Below, piece by piece: positions 43,301-53,688 of a stretch of 64,000 nt of DNA; within the stretch, counting starts at the first letter, position 1; each line of letters opens with the position of its first letter. Both the position numbers and the translations under genes were made by a program. This stretch comes from Vulcanimicrobiota bacterium (GTDB lineage Bacteria > Vulcanimicrobiota > Vulcanimicrobiia > Vulcanimicrobiales > Vulcanimicrobiaceae), in contig CAWCIZ010000001.1 of assembly GCA_963795855.1 (NCBI GenBank), positions 1 to 64,000 on the forward strand, read 5' to 3'. The notes beneath the pieces were generated by a model. It did no database searches. It saw only the letters and a list, made by a program, of their open reading frames with translations, and was not told the DNA's origin.

Positions 43301-43304
43301 CGAA

Positions 43305-44321
43305 TTACTGTACTCCTGCGGGCGTCTGCGCCGGATCGAGCCGGCGGCCGGGCACTAAGTAATTGCGGACGTAATCATGCACCGCGTCCGCGAGCGGCGT
43401 TATGGGCGCGTCGTAACCGGCCGCGCGCAGTCTGTTGATTGCCGCGCACGTGCAATACTGGTATTTGTCACGCAGGGTCTCGGGCATCTCCACGAACTCT
43501 ATGCGTTCGGGTACGTTCATCGCGCCGAAAATCGGGCGCACCAAGTCGAGCCAGGTGTGCGGCGCCCCGGAGCCGACGTTGAACAGCCCGTTCGCTTCGT
43601 GCTCCGCCAGATGCAGCGTCATCGCCGCTGCATCCTTGACGTAGATGAAGTCGCGCTGCTGCTCGCCGTCGCGGAATTCCGGGCGATAGCTCTTGAAGAG
43701 CCGAATGGAACCGGTCTCACGAATTTGATGGAACGCTTTGTCCACCAAACTGCGCATCTCGCCTTTGTGATGCTCGTTGGGTCCGAAGACGTTGAAGTAT
43801 TTCACGCCCGCCATGCGTGCCAGGAGTCCGTGATCGCGCGCGTACAGATCGAAGCGGTGCTTCGAATACGCGTACATGTTGAGCGGACGGAGGGCATCCA
43901 GATCTCCGTCGTCGCGCAAGTCTCGCTCGAGAGCACCGTAGGTCGCGGCCGACGAGGCATAAACGAAGCGCACGCCGCGATCGACGGCCCAATGGGCGAG
44001 ATGTTTGGTGTACTCGTAGTTGTTTCGCATCAAGTACGCCGCGTCCGTCTCGGTCGTCGAGGAACACGCGCCCATATGAAAGAGCGTAGTGACGTTCGCG
44101 AAAACGGCTCCGCGCTGCGCCAGGCGTTCTTCGAAGTCGCCGGCATCGATGTAATCGCGATACCGAAGGGGGACGAGATTCTTCCACTTTTCGGACGTGT
44201 CCAGACGATCGACGACGAGAATGTCGTCGATGCCGCGAAGGTTTAGCGCCCAAATCAGGGCGCTTCCAATCAGGCCGGCGCCGCCGGTAACGACGACGTG
44301 GCCGCGAGCAAGATCGTGCAT
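43305..44321 (-). CDS. hldD: ADP-L-glycero-D-manno-heptose 6-epimerase
   Basis: TGGAGLIGS, HMGACSSTTE, ASSAATYG, PLNMYAYSK, FNVFGPNEHHKG. Confidence 0.93.
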   Translation of the reverse strand: MHDLARGHVVVTGGAGLIGSALIWALNLRGIDDILVVDRLDTSEKWKNLVPLRYRDYIDAGDFEERLAQRGAVFANVTTLFHMGACSSTTETDAAYLMRNNYEYTKHLAHWAVDRGVRFVYASSAATYGALERDLRDDGDLDALRPLNMYAYSKHRFDLYARDHGLLARMAGVKYFNVFGPNEHHKGEMRSLVDKAFHQIRETGSIRLFKSYRPEFRDGEQQRDFIYVKDAAAMTLHLAEHEANGLFNVGSGAPHTWLDLVRPIFGAMNVPERIEFVEMPETLRDKYQYCTCAAINRLRAAGYDAPITPLADAVHDYVRNYLVPGRRLDPAQTPAGVQ

Positions 44322-44387
44322 GACCTAGTCGCCTACGTTGCGGGGCCCGCGGCGCGCGGTCCTGCCCCGCGGTGGGTAAAGGAAAAC

Positions 44388-46263
44388 ATGCGAGCGGCCG
44401 TTCTTGCATGCCTTTTGGCCGGCGCGACACCGTGCATGTGTCGAGCAGTACCCTCGCCGCAGCCGTCTGCTAACCCCGTGCAGATACATGCGGGCGGCGC
44501 CGTGACCGTTGTCGACCAGTCCGCGTCGGGCCCGGGGACGGTCGTGCCTTTCTTCAACGACTCGCCGGATAATCCGCAAACGCCATATGAGTTTTTTTCG
44601 CAAACGCCCGGCTTTACCGGCAGCGGCGCCCAAGCGCAATTCCACACAAACGTCGACTACACGCACAAGAAACTGCGGTTCGTGCTGAATGCGGGCGCGG
44701 AATCGTATGCGGGCAGCGGTCCAAACATCCTGTTCCTTGGCGAGCCGATACTTCCGACGGCGAACCCGTTCGTGACCTCGCGCACGCAATTCTTTCATTC
44801 ATACCTCGGGATCTTGGACGAGGTCGGCGCCAGTCGCGCATCACTGATAAATGGCTCCGTCGGAGCGTCCGACGGCTCGTGGAACGTGACCGGCGGCTGG
44901 TTTTTACCGTCGAAGACGCTGCCTTTCGTTTTTACGCCGCCGCCGCTTCCCGATTCGCCGCCGGCGATTGCGCCGCAGCTGCCGGAGAATCCGAACTCCG
45001 TAGTAGCTTCCCTGGAAAACTGGAATGAAAATTGGCCCGCTTTACCACTGCAGGGCGTCGACGTTTCCATGCAGCGCGCGGCGTACTCGGCCGGGTTTTT
45101 CGACGGCGCGCTTCCGAACGTCTACGTCGATCCGGTCTTCGGAAATTCGGCGCGCGCCGAGTCGCTTTTCTTCGGCGTCCACGGCGGTCACGGCCACGAA
45201 TACGCGGTACAGGCCGTGCGCCTCAATCAAAATGTCCGCGGCGGCGTGTTTCCCATTTCGGCCGGCGTGATGTGGGGAGGCAGTCTGGAAACGGGCGTCG
45301 GACCGGAAGGTCCTTTGCCGGAAAGCGATGTGTTTGGCCAGCGCAGCACGATCGTCGGCATCTCGGCAAATGTGCCGCTGTCGCCTCGAACGACGGCATT
45401 AGCCGAATTCGCGCGCTCGTGGTTTTCCGCGCAACATTTCAGTGCGCCCGGGAGATGCAACGCCGGGAGGCTACTACCATCTGCGTATCGTCCGCGCGTG
45501 GAGTGGGCATACGCTTGCGTTTGACGCGTATCGCATGGACCCGACGTATGCGCCGAACGTGCTGCCATACGGCAACGCGGTCGATGTATGGCCGGTTGCA
45601 TGGGCATGGCCGGCTACATGGTTGAAATCGAGCTATCAGATCGTTGAGAACGACCAAGTATCCGTGAATAGGCAAGGGCTTCGCTTGACGTACGATTCGG
45701 CGTCGGGGCGCCTGCGTTATCGTCTCGGCTACGCACAGTTCGCGCAAGTGACGCCCTATGATGCGGTCACTGCAAGGCAGCCCGGCTTCACCGATCCGTA
45801 CTTCACGTCCGAGGACACCGCGACGCTCAGTTACCGCGGCACGCAACACGAAGTCTTGGGGTCGTTGCAGTGGAACGGACCCTGGTTGCAAGCATCGCTG
45901 GACCTCGTCGATGATTTTCTACGCCGAGCCGCTCCGCAAACAAACCCCGAAGAAGGCGTGCACATGGATTATCCGCAAGCGCTGGTGACGCTTTCGCATG
46001 CCGGCAAGAATGCGGTGTACGCGGCGGGTGAAGGCCGTTTCGCTCTCAGCGGCTGTTACGCGCTTTGCGAAACCGCTGCGGTTCAACTAGAGCAACGCGT
46101 CTACTTTGCGGGCCTTACTTTCGCGGTGGCACCGCGCAGTTCGTGGCTGTTGGAATGGCGCAGATACGTCACGGACGGCGTGCCGTTCGTGGATTTTTCG
46201 TCGCCGCCGGCATATACCGGAACGAGGGTAATTTTGGAAGAGCGCTTCACGCTGTCGCCGTGA
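44388..46263 (+). CDS. putative outer-membrane beta-barrel protein (frameshift near 45445)
   Basis: Signal peptide, aromatic alternating strands, C-terminal ILEERFTL. Confidence 0.6.
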
Positions 46264-46282
46264 TGGCGTGAAGCGCTCTTCC
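46236..46282. repeat. 17-bp perfect inverted repeat between convergent genes
   Basis: GGAAGAGCGCTTCACGC...GCGTGAAGCGCTCTTCC. Confidence 0.85.
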
Positions 46283-46287
46283 GGCGT

Positions 46288-48638
46288 TTAGAACGGCGCG
46301 GTGAGCCGCAGAAGCACGTTTCGCCCCTGCGCGATCTGCGTCGTGTTGAAGCCGTTCGCGATCTTGATCACGTACTGGTGATTCAGCAGATTTTGGACGT
46401 CGAGGTTGAAGCCGATCGAATGATCGCTGCCGCGGCCCGCGTCCTTGCCGAAGCCGAGATCGAACGTCATGTGCGCCGGGAGACGGTCGACGCCCGCTTC
46501 AAAACTCACCGGATAGCCCGTGCCGTACTCGCTCTGCAGCGTCGCGTACCATGCGCGATTCTGCCCGAAGCGGTGCGTATACGCGCCGTTCGCCTCGTAC
46601 GTCTGGTCGTGATCCTCCGGCGCGAGATCCGCCGCGGTGAACGGCATTCCGCTGTTGACTCCGCAGTTGGGTATCGTCGTCGTGCCCGGCGGGCAGAAGA
46701 GGAACAGTCCGCCGGAGATGTCGCCGGCTTCGGAATGCGAGATGGTGCTCGATACGAACCACGAATCGCCGTTCGCGCGATTACCCTGCAGGCGAATGTC
46801 CAAGCCTTCATCGCGTCCGATTGCATTGTTGAAGACGGCGAACAGCGGCGTGTTGAGCAGCTGCGTCGTGTCCAAGATGTTCACGGCAGTACGCCGGAAA
46901 TAGTTGACGTAGCCGGTCACCCCCGGACGGAACGTGTGCGCCACGCCCATTTCGAAATACGAGTCGCGCTCGGGCTGCAAATCGTACGGAATGTTCGTGA
47001 GGTCGCAGCCGAGCGAAACGACGCACGCGCCGCGCACGTCTTCGAGTGCGGCGCCGCATACATTCGCCCGTAGTAGAAGTGCACGACGTTCTTGTCGTCC
47101 GGCGCGATGTTGACGCCGATTCTTGGGCTGATCTGCGATCCGCTGGTGAATCCGGTCGAGTGGTCGTAGCGCACGCCGTAGCTGACGCTGAGCGCGCGCG
47201 ATGGCGACCATTTGTCTTCCGCGTAGATACCGGTTTGCGTGCCCGGTTGCGCGACGGTCGTTTGCGACGTGGTGTACGCAAGCGGATTCGGCGAGCCGGG
47301 CGCCGCGATGAGGCTGCTCGCAGCGTAGTTCTCGCGGCTGAAGTCCACGCCTACTTTGACCGCGTGGTGCGCAGTCGCGCGGAAATCCGAGAGGCGCACG
47401 CCGGTATACGCCGCGCGCTGATCCTGGCTCAGGCCCGCTAAATACTGCGGATTCCCGTTGCCGTCCGGGACGTATGCTTGCACGTCGTTCTGCAAGTCGC
47501 CCTCGTACGCGACGCGCGTGTAGCGGACCCACGGAATGAACTGGAATATGCCGTTTCCGTCTTTGGAAACGTGCGTGAAGTTGAAGTTTGCGTACCGGTC
47601 GTACTCACGCTGCACGTCATCCGTGCCGGGCAGGCTGACCTGCGGATCGACCGGGTTATTCGGGTCCGTGTTTATCGGAATCTGAAACTGCGCCAATTGG
47701 TTCGAAAAATCGAACGCGAGCGAATTCTGCGTGCCGAACGAGGCGATGTAACGCAGAAACTGATCCGACTGCGACGAATTGTCGTGGATGGGCGCGTAGG
47801 TCGGCGTATCAAGACCGCGATTGGTCGTCTGCGCGTTGGCGTTGAAGAAAAGTTCCGAGCTCGGCGTGAGTTTGAGGGCTTCGTCGAAGCTCGTCATGCC
47901 TTGCCCGTAGTTTCCGCCGCCGATCGTGAACGCGCCTTGCTCCGGACGCTGCAGATCCGCCAGGCGATTCGTTTGAATGTTGACTACCGCGCCCATGCGG
48001 CTTCCGCCGTATTCCGCCGGGAACGCTCCGGTGAACACTTCGAGTGAATCGATGTTTTTCGGATCGATCATTTCGGCGAAATTCGACGTGGTCGCCTGCG
48101 GAATCGGCGCGCCGTCGATTTCGTACGTCAAGCCGTGGAAGCCGTTCGCGACCGGCTCGTTGTAGGAAAACTTGACGATGCCGGGCACCGTCTGTACGAG
48201 ATTGTTCAGACTGTTGTTCGTGGGAAGCGCCGCCAACTGCTGGCGTGTAAGGACGTTTTGCGAAATCGGCGTACCCGACGCGCCCGCGCGCGAGAGAACG
48301 TTGGCGCTCGCAATCGTCTTGAGTTCGCCGAGCGCGAAATTGATCGTGAGCACCTGATCCGAGGCAACCGTGATGTCCACTTTCTTTTCGGCGACGCCTG
48401 GATACGACGCGGAAAGCGTGTAGCTGCCGAATGGAACCTCCGAGAAAACGTAGGCGCCTGCGGAGTCCGTCTTCGATCGGAGCAGCGAGCCTTCACCGCT
48501 GAGCGACAAGGCGACGCCGGCTTCGGGTTTGTTATTGACGAGAATCGTACCGCGAACTAAGCCGGTCGTGGCCGCCACGGCCGGAAGCGCGGATAAACAG
48601 AGAAGAGCGGCAAACGCCGCCGCGATGATTCGGTACAT
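46288..48638 (-). CDS. TonB-dependent receptor with carboxypeptidase-regulatory-like N domain (frameshift near 47050)
   Basis: Signal peptide, YEIDGAPI, IDSLEVFTGAFPAEYG, GVRYD, SPRIG, VQNLLN, terminal F. Confidence 0.9.
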
Positions 48639-48642
48639 GGGA

Positions 48643-48686
48643 CCTTCCTAAAAGCGTGAAGTGGGAGATGTCGCGTTTAGGAAAGG
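48643..48686 (-). promoter_or_regulatory. hairpin pairing the upstream stop-codon region with the receptor Shine-Dalgarno
   Basis: Minus strand TTCCTAAA (contains the TAA) pairs with TTTAGGAA, which contains AGGAA of the AGGAAGG SD. Confidence 0.65.
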
Positions 48687-49183
48687 GCCGGCGGCGGCCG
48701 GGAAAACAGCGCGAAGCGCACGATCGTGCGCCGCACCGCGGGACGGCGTGAAATGAAATCCGCAAAAAACGCTGACGGCGAGCGTCTCACCGGCGACGAG
48801 AGCAGCGATGCGACGGTCGATACGGTCAGCGCAAATGCGCGCAGCACGACGGTAACGACGGAAGCCGCAACGGCGACGGTTACCAGGCAAAGCAGCAGCG
48901 GGATCGCATGCGGCGATTCGAGCGCTTCGAGCGCGGCCAACCAAGCGGCGGCGCTAAACGCAAGCGGCACGAAACGGGGCAAACAGTGCAGCCGGCGCAC
49001 CGCCCCGACCGCGGCCCATAGCGAGCCAGCGAAAGCAAAGCCGAAGGCCAACCCAAGCGAGGCCGAATGCAGCGAGCCGCCGACGGTGTGTTCCGCGCCG
49101 AAGACCAGCGTGTGCGCAAGCAGCGCTGCCGGCAGTCCCAGCAGCAGCGAAACGCCGGCATTTCGTGCGGCGCTCAGTCTCAC
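48677..49183 (-). CDS. His-containing membrane protein ending in a RAPP-like motif (FSRPPPALS)
   Basis: GTGA-coupled to the MCO stop; about 4 hydrophobic segments; LAH...EH...H...ESPH. Confidence 0.7.
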   Translation of the reverse strand: MRLSAARNAGVSLLLGLPAALLAHTLVFGAEHTVGGSLHSASLGLAFGFAFAGSLWAAVGAVRRLHCLPRFVPLAFSAAAWLAALEALESPHAIPLLLCLVTVAVAASVVTVVLRAFALTVSTVASLLSSPVRRSPSAFFADFISRRPAVRRTIVRFALFSRPPPALS

Positions 49184-50607
49184 GGCCGGTACACGACCTC
49201 CGTCATCATGCCGTCCATCATATGGATTTCGTTGTGGCAGTGCAACAGCCAACGTCCGGGCGGAGAATCCGCGCGGAATTGCCACGTGGCCGTACCCCCG
49301 TTCGCGCGTACGAGCGAGGTATCTTTGGGCAGGGGGCGGGCAAGCTGCGTGCCGTCGACCTCAGTAAGATGAAAGACGTGACCGTGCAAGTGCATGGGGT
49401 GATCCATGTCGGTCTTGTTGTGGAAGCGCACGGTTATGGTATCGTCGCGCTGCACGAAAATCTTTGCGGTATTCGGATAGGTTTTACCGTTAATCGTCCA
49501 CTTGTTGCCGGCGTATTCGCCGCCGCCGAGCGTGAAGGCGTAATGCTGCCGTCCCGCAATCGGAGCAACGGTACCGGTTCGAAGTCCGCCGGCTTTTTCG
49601 TACGTGAAATAATCGACGCCCTCGAGCGATTGACTCGCAGCCTGAGGCGATGCGTGCTCCATCCCTTCCGTATACATCACCGCAGCCTGCTGGTACGCGA
49701 GCGGATCGCTCGATACGCCCTGCAGCAAGAATGCGCCGGGCTTGCGAATATCGACGTACGCGTCGTAACGTTCGGCTACTCCGACGCGCAGTGCGTCGAC
49801 CTCCAACGGCTTCTCGAGGCGATTGCCGTCCGCATGCGTGACCGTGAGGCGATGACCGGCTAGGCGAACGTACCGGGTTTGCGTCGGATTTGCGTTGAGA
49901 ACGCGAAGACGAACGCGGTCGCCGGCCTTCACCGCGAGCTTGCGCGTGTTCGGATACGACGCACCGTTGATGCAGTGCGCGACGTAGGCAACTTCGTCGC
50001 CCATTTTGTCGTTCGGCTGCATCTGCGTCATTTCGGGCGACCCGATCGGGTCGACCATCGGCGCGTTGCTGGTGCCCATCATTGCCGCTTGTATCGTGTT
50101 CAACTTCGGAACGTCGTGAAAGACGAGCGCGAACTCCTTATCGGCGGGCTCGTCGTTCGGATCGTCGACGATAATCAAACCGAACAAACCGCGGGCGATG
50201 CCGTCGCTTACGTGATCGTGATACCAGCGCGTGCCGCTGGGACCCGGCGTGAACTCGTACAAAAACGATTCGCGGTCCGGCACGGCGGCTTGCGTCACGC
50301 CTTCGACGCCGTCCATCTTGTTCGGCAGAATCATGCCGTGCCAATGAATCGTGGCCGGTTCGCCGCTGTTGTTGACGAATTTTGCGCGCAGCCGCTGGCC
50401 GCACGCGATCCGCAGAACCGGACCGGGTATCGAGCCGTTGTACGCGAGGCCGGCAAAATCCACGCCCGGAACCGGCGAGAAACTGAGCGGCGCCGCCGTG
50501 AGCGCGTAATCAACGCTGTCGCTCGCGAGTGCGCGACGTGAAAGCGGCGGCAAAGCCGCCGCCAGCATCGCGCCGCCGCCCGCGAAGAGAAAGCCGGATC
50601 GGCGCAT
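49180..50607 (-). CDS. multicopper oxidase, Tat-type signal
   Basis: MRRSGFL; HWHG, WYHDH, HPMHLHGH, HCHNEIHM. Confidence 0.95.
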   Translation of the reverse strand: MRRSGFLFAGGGAMLAAALPPLSRRALASDSVDYALTAAPLSFSPVPGVDFAGLAYNGSIPGPVLRIACGQRLRAKFVNNSGEPATIHWHGMILPNKMDGVEGVTQAAVPDRESFLYEFTPGPSGTRWYHDHVSDGIARGLFGLIIVDDPNDEPADKEFALVFHDVPKLNTIQAAMMGTSNAPMVDPIGSPEMTQMQPNDKMGDEVAYVAHCINGASYPNTRKLAVKAGDRVRLRVLNANPTQTRYVRLAGHRLTVTHADGNRLEKPLEVDALRVGVAERYDAYVDIRKPGAFLLQGVSSDPLAYQQAAVMYTEGMEHASPQAASQSLEGVDYFTYEKAGGLRTGTVAPIAGRQHYAFTLGGGEYAGNKWTINGKTYPNTAKIFVQRDDTITVRFHNKTDMDHPMHLHGHVFHLTEVDGTQLARPLPKDTSLVRANGGTATWQFRADSPPGRWLLHCHNEIHMMDGMMTEVVYRP

Positions 50608-51277
50608 CAACTTCCGACCGTGAGCGGTACGTCCAGCGTCTTTCCGTCGTAGTTTACGCGCACGGTCCACGGACCACCCATCGAGAAGACGATCCGCCCG
50701 GTAAACACGTGCGGATCCGCCGCGCTGGGGCGAAGTTTCACCTCCCGCGTCTGCATGCTGCCGGTTCCCATGCGCATGATCGGAAGAACGCTTACGCTCT
50801 TGGGAGGAGTTCCGGGAAAGCGAATCGTGATTGCTGCGACGTCCGTCGGCGTCGCGGGATCGATGGAGACCACCGGCTGCGCGTTGTTCGCTCCGCCGTC
50901 TAGAGCGGACAGGTACGCCACGATGTCGCTGACTTGCGCGGGAGCGAATCCGAAGTTCGGCATCGGCGCGCGTGGATGCACGATGAAGTCTGCAATCCGA
51001 TCGGCAGTGAGGCGGTGCTCGATTCCGTAGAGTTTCGGTCCGACGGAGCCGCCCATCAAACGCACGCCATGACATCCCGCGCATCCGCTCGCCTGAACGA
51101 GCTTCGCGCCCGCGTTCGCATCACCGGCGTTCGAGTCGGCCGGCGTCGCATCCGCCGCAATGCTACGGTACGGCGTCATGCCGGGGAACGTGGCGTGACG
51201 CGTTTTCGCGGAGATCGCCAAAACCGCGACTGCGACGGCGCACGCTGCGCGCGCGCCCGTAAGAAGCCTTGCTTCAA
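50607..51277 (-). CDS. cytochrome c fused to a YtkA-like domain (5' frameshift)
   Basis: CAGCHG, MPNF; C-terminal PIMRMGTGSM...FSMGGPWTVRV; GGAGG RBS before the TTG at 51277. Confidence 0.8.
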
Positions 51278-51363
51278 AAAGGACCTCCGATTGGATTAAA
51301 CGCCGGCTGGCATGAGGCAGAAGCGGCTATCCAATCGGAAGACGCTCGCGACCTGCCGGCCCT

Positions 51364-52242
51364 TCACTGGCGCAGCGCGAAATACACACCGGGCAAATGC
51401 GCCGAATTCGGGTTGCCCGTACCGATCTCGATCCAAATCGCTTCATGGGAGTAGAGCGGCATGGTGTGCGGATCGGACGTCCACAGTTTGTACTGGCTGG
51501 CGCCGATCTCGCACGAGACGACGGTGGAGCACGGCACCGTGGCCGAGTTTCCGGACGTATACACCGTCACCGTTCCGTGGTACGGGCCGAATTGCGTCGA
51601 ATTCACCTTCACGCCCCAAATATCGAAAAGGTTTCCCAGCGTGAAAAGCGATTTCGTAATCGGCGCGTGCGTGGGATTCGGATCCTCCATGTGAACCAGA
51701 CCGCTGGCATCGTGCACGTGGACGTGGTAGAAGCATTCGCCGTAAATCTCTTCGTTCGACCAGCCGGAGTATTTGTCGTACTGATCGCCTGCCGCGCGGA
51801 CGATACCGACTGCGTCGGGGAGCGCGAGTTCCTTGCCGGTGGCATAAATGCCGACGAACGCGTGAATGTGATAGTTGTTCGACATCGTGGGATCGCACGA
51901 AATGTTGTCGACCTTATTTCCGGTCGGGCCTTGGCCGCCGCCGCCCGGTTTCGCTCCCGGATCGGCCGGCATCAAATCGCCGTCGTACTGTCCGGAAGCC
52001 GGCTTGTTATCGGCGTCGTTGTTGCTCGTTCGGAACGAGTTGTCCAGGCCGTTGATCTTGCCTTGACCCGCGGTTCGCCACGTGTACGCGAACGGTGTCG
52101 GTGCGGGCGAGGCGGCCGTCGACATCGCGTTGCGTGTTTGCGGGACGACCGATGGAACCGGTTGCGTCTGGCGCCCGGAACATGCCGCGAACACTCCGAG
52201 CGTCAGCGCGCCGAGCGGAATAAGAGCGGATTTGCGCAGCAT
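51364..52242 (-). CDS. lipoprotein with HxH/HxHD motifs (paralog 2)
   Basis: FAAC lipobox; NYHIHAFVG...CFYHVHVHDASGLVHME...FTLGNLFDIWG...LYSHE. Confidence 0.8.
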   Translation of the reverse strand: MLRKSALIPLGALTLGVFAACSGRQTQPVPSVVPQTRNAMSTAASPAPTPFAYTWRTAGQGKINGLDNSFRTSNNDADNKPASGQYDGDLMPADPGAKPGGGGQGPTGNKVDNISCDPTMSNNYHIHAFVGIYATGKELALPDAVGIVRAAGDQYDKYSGWSNEEIYGECFYHVHVHDASGLVHMEDPNPTHAPITKSLFTLGNLFDIWGVKVNSTQFGPYHGTVTVYTSGNSATVPCSTVVSCEIGASQYKLWTSDPHTMPLYSHEAIWIEIGTGNPNSAHLPGVYFALRQ

Positions 52243-52268
52243 AGCATCCTCCACGTGCGAAGCGATGC

Positions 52269-52281
52269 TCCATGGTAGCGG
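52269..52281 (-). promoter_or_regulatory. CCGCTACCATGGA motif (TACCAT -10-like), also upstream of paralog 3 at 53454-53466
   Basis: Identical 13-mer ending 27 nt before each paralog's ATG. Confidence 0.55.
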
Positions 52282-52407
52282 CTTTGGGATTATCCGGTAG
52301 AGGCCCAGGCAGGGACTGCGCGTAGGGCCAAACAGGCTTGCCTGCCTTCTGGTGCATGGAGAGGCGCAGTGCCAAGCAGCCCTGCGCCTCTTCCTATATG
52401 CTCGGCG

Positions 52408-53427
52408 TTACCACTGCTCGATAGAAGGCGACGTTCGGCAACGACGACCCGGTCGAGATTCCCGGCGCCCACGTCGACGAAAATCACCTCGTGCGAGTAC
52501 AGCGGTATCGCGTTGGGATCGCCGGTATACAGCGAGTAGTGGTTGGAGCCCACCTCCGAGTTACTGCCTGGACCGCCCCTCGCGACCGGTCCGGACGTGT
52601 ATATCTGCACGAGCCCCGTCATGATCGGCGCGCCGTTCGAATAAATGCCGGTCGGCATGATCTGCACGCCCCATTCGGTGAGAAAATCGCCGAGCGTGAA
52701 GATCGACATATTGCACGGCGTGGCGTTCTTTGTGAATCCGCCGCAGTCCGGACCCGTGGATTCGACGTGGATGACGCCGCTTGCATCGTGTGTGTGCATC
52801 TCGTAGAAGCACTGCGTTGCATAGTTGGTCCAATTGTGGATCGTGATGCCGTTGATCGGCAGGTCGCCGTCGCCCTCAGGCTCCGCCATGCCGATACCGT
52901 CCGAAAGCGCGACCGCGGAACCGTTGTTGTAAAAGCCGAGAAACGCGTGCACATGATAGTTATCTGGCATGCTCGCAAGACACGGTACCATGTCGCCCTG
53001 CGGTCCGGTCACTGAAGTATTTACGGGGCCGTGTCCGCCGCTGGGATAATTGCCGTCATTCTTATCTTGCGCCTTCGGGCTGCCGGCGAATACGGTGTCG
53101 TCGCCGTTGAATCTGTCCCGAGCCGACGCTGTACACCAGTTTCTGGTTCGCGGTAGGCGTCGCGTTCGGGGTCGGAGTCGTGACCGGCGTCGCCGTAGGC
53201 TTCGGCGTCTGCGTTTGCACCGGAGTCGGCGACATAGTCGGACTCAGAGTCGGCGCGGGCGTCGTGCTCGTTGTCGCTGTGGGTCCGGGCGAACCCGTGG
53301 GATGGCTGCTCGGCCCCGGATTCGTCGTCGGGACCGGTGGTGCGCTGCCGCCTCCGCCTCCGCAGGCGGCGAGAATGGTGAGTGCGGTAAAACAGGCAAA
53401 AGCCGTTAGAGTCCCAACGCGACGCAT
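52408..53427 (-). CDS. lipoprotein with P/T linker and HxH/HTHD motifs (paralog 3; frameshifted)
   Basis: LAAC lipobox; NYHVHAFLG...CFYEMHTHDASGVIHVE...FTLGDFLTEWG...LYSHE. Confidence 0.78.
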
Positions 53428-53688
53428 CTGTCTCTCCAGTTGGACGTGTTGCGTCCATGGTAGCGGGAGTCAGGCGCAGGCTGGAGGTCCACCGGGGGTC
53501 GCGGCACAGGGTCGAAGCGCGGCGGTCTAGGGACCTTCGGGCCGGAACCGCACCCCTGGAGACGGGGTTGTTAAGTCGTGAAAGCACAAGGGGTGGCCTT
53601 GAGGCGGCGTCTAATAGACGGGACCCCCCGCCCGTAAAACGGGGATATGCCTAGTGCCAAAGTTGGCCGGAAAGAGACGGTTAGCGTC

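Noticed and set aside
53470..53645. GC-rich intergenic hairpins as a riboswitch or ncRNA
   Set aside because: No recognisable riboswitch, SRP or 6S consensus; explained as a divergent promoter region
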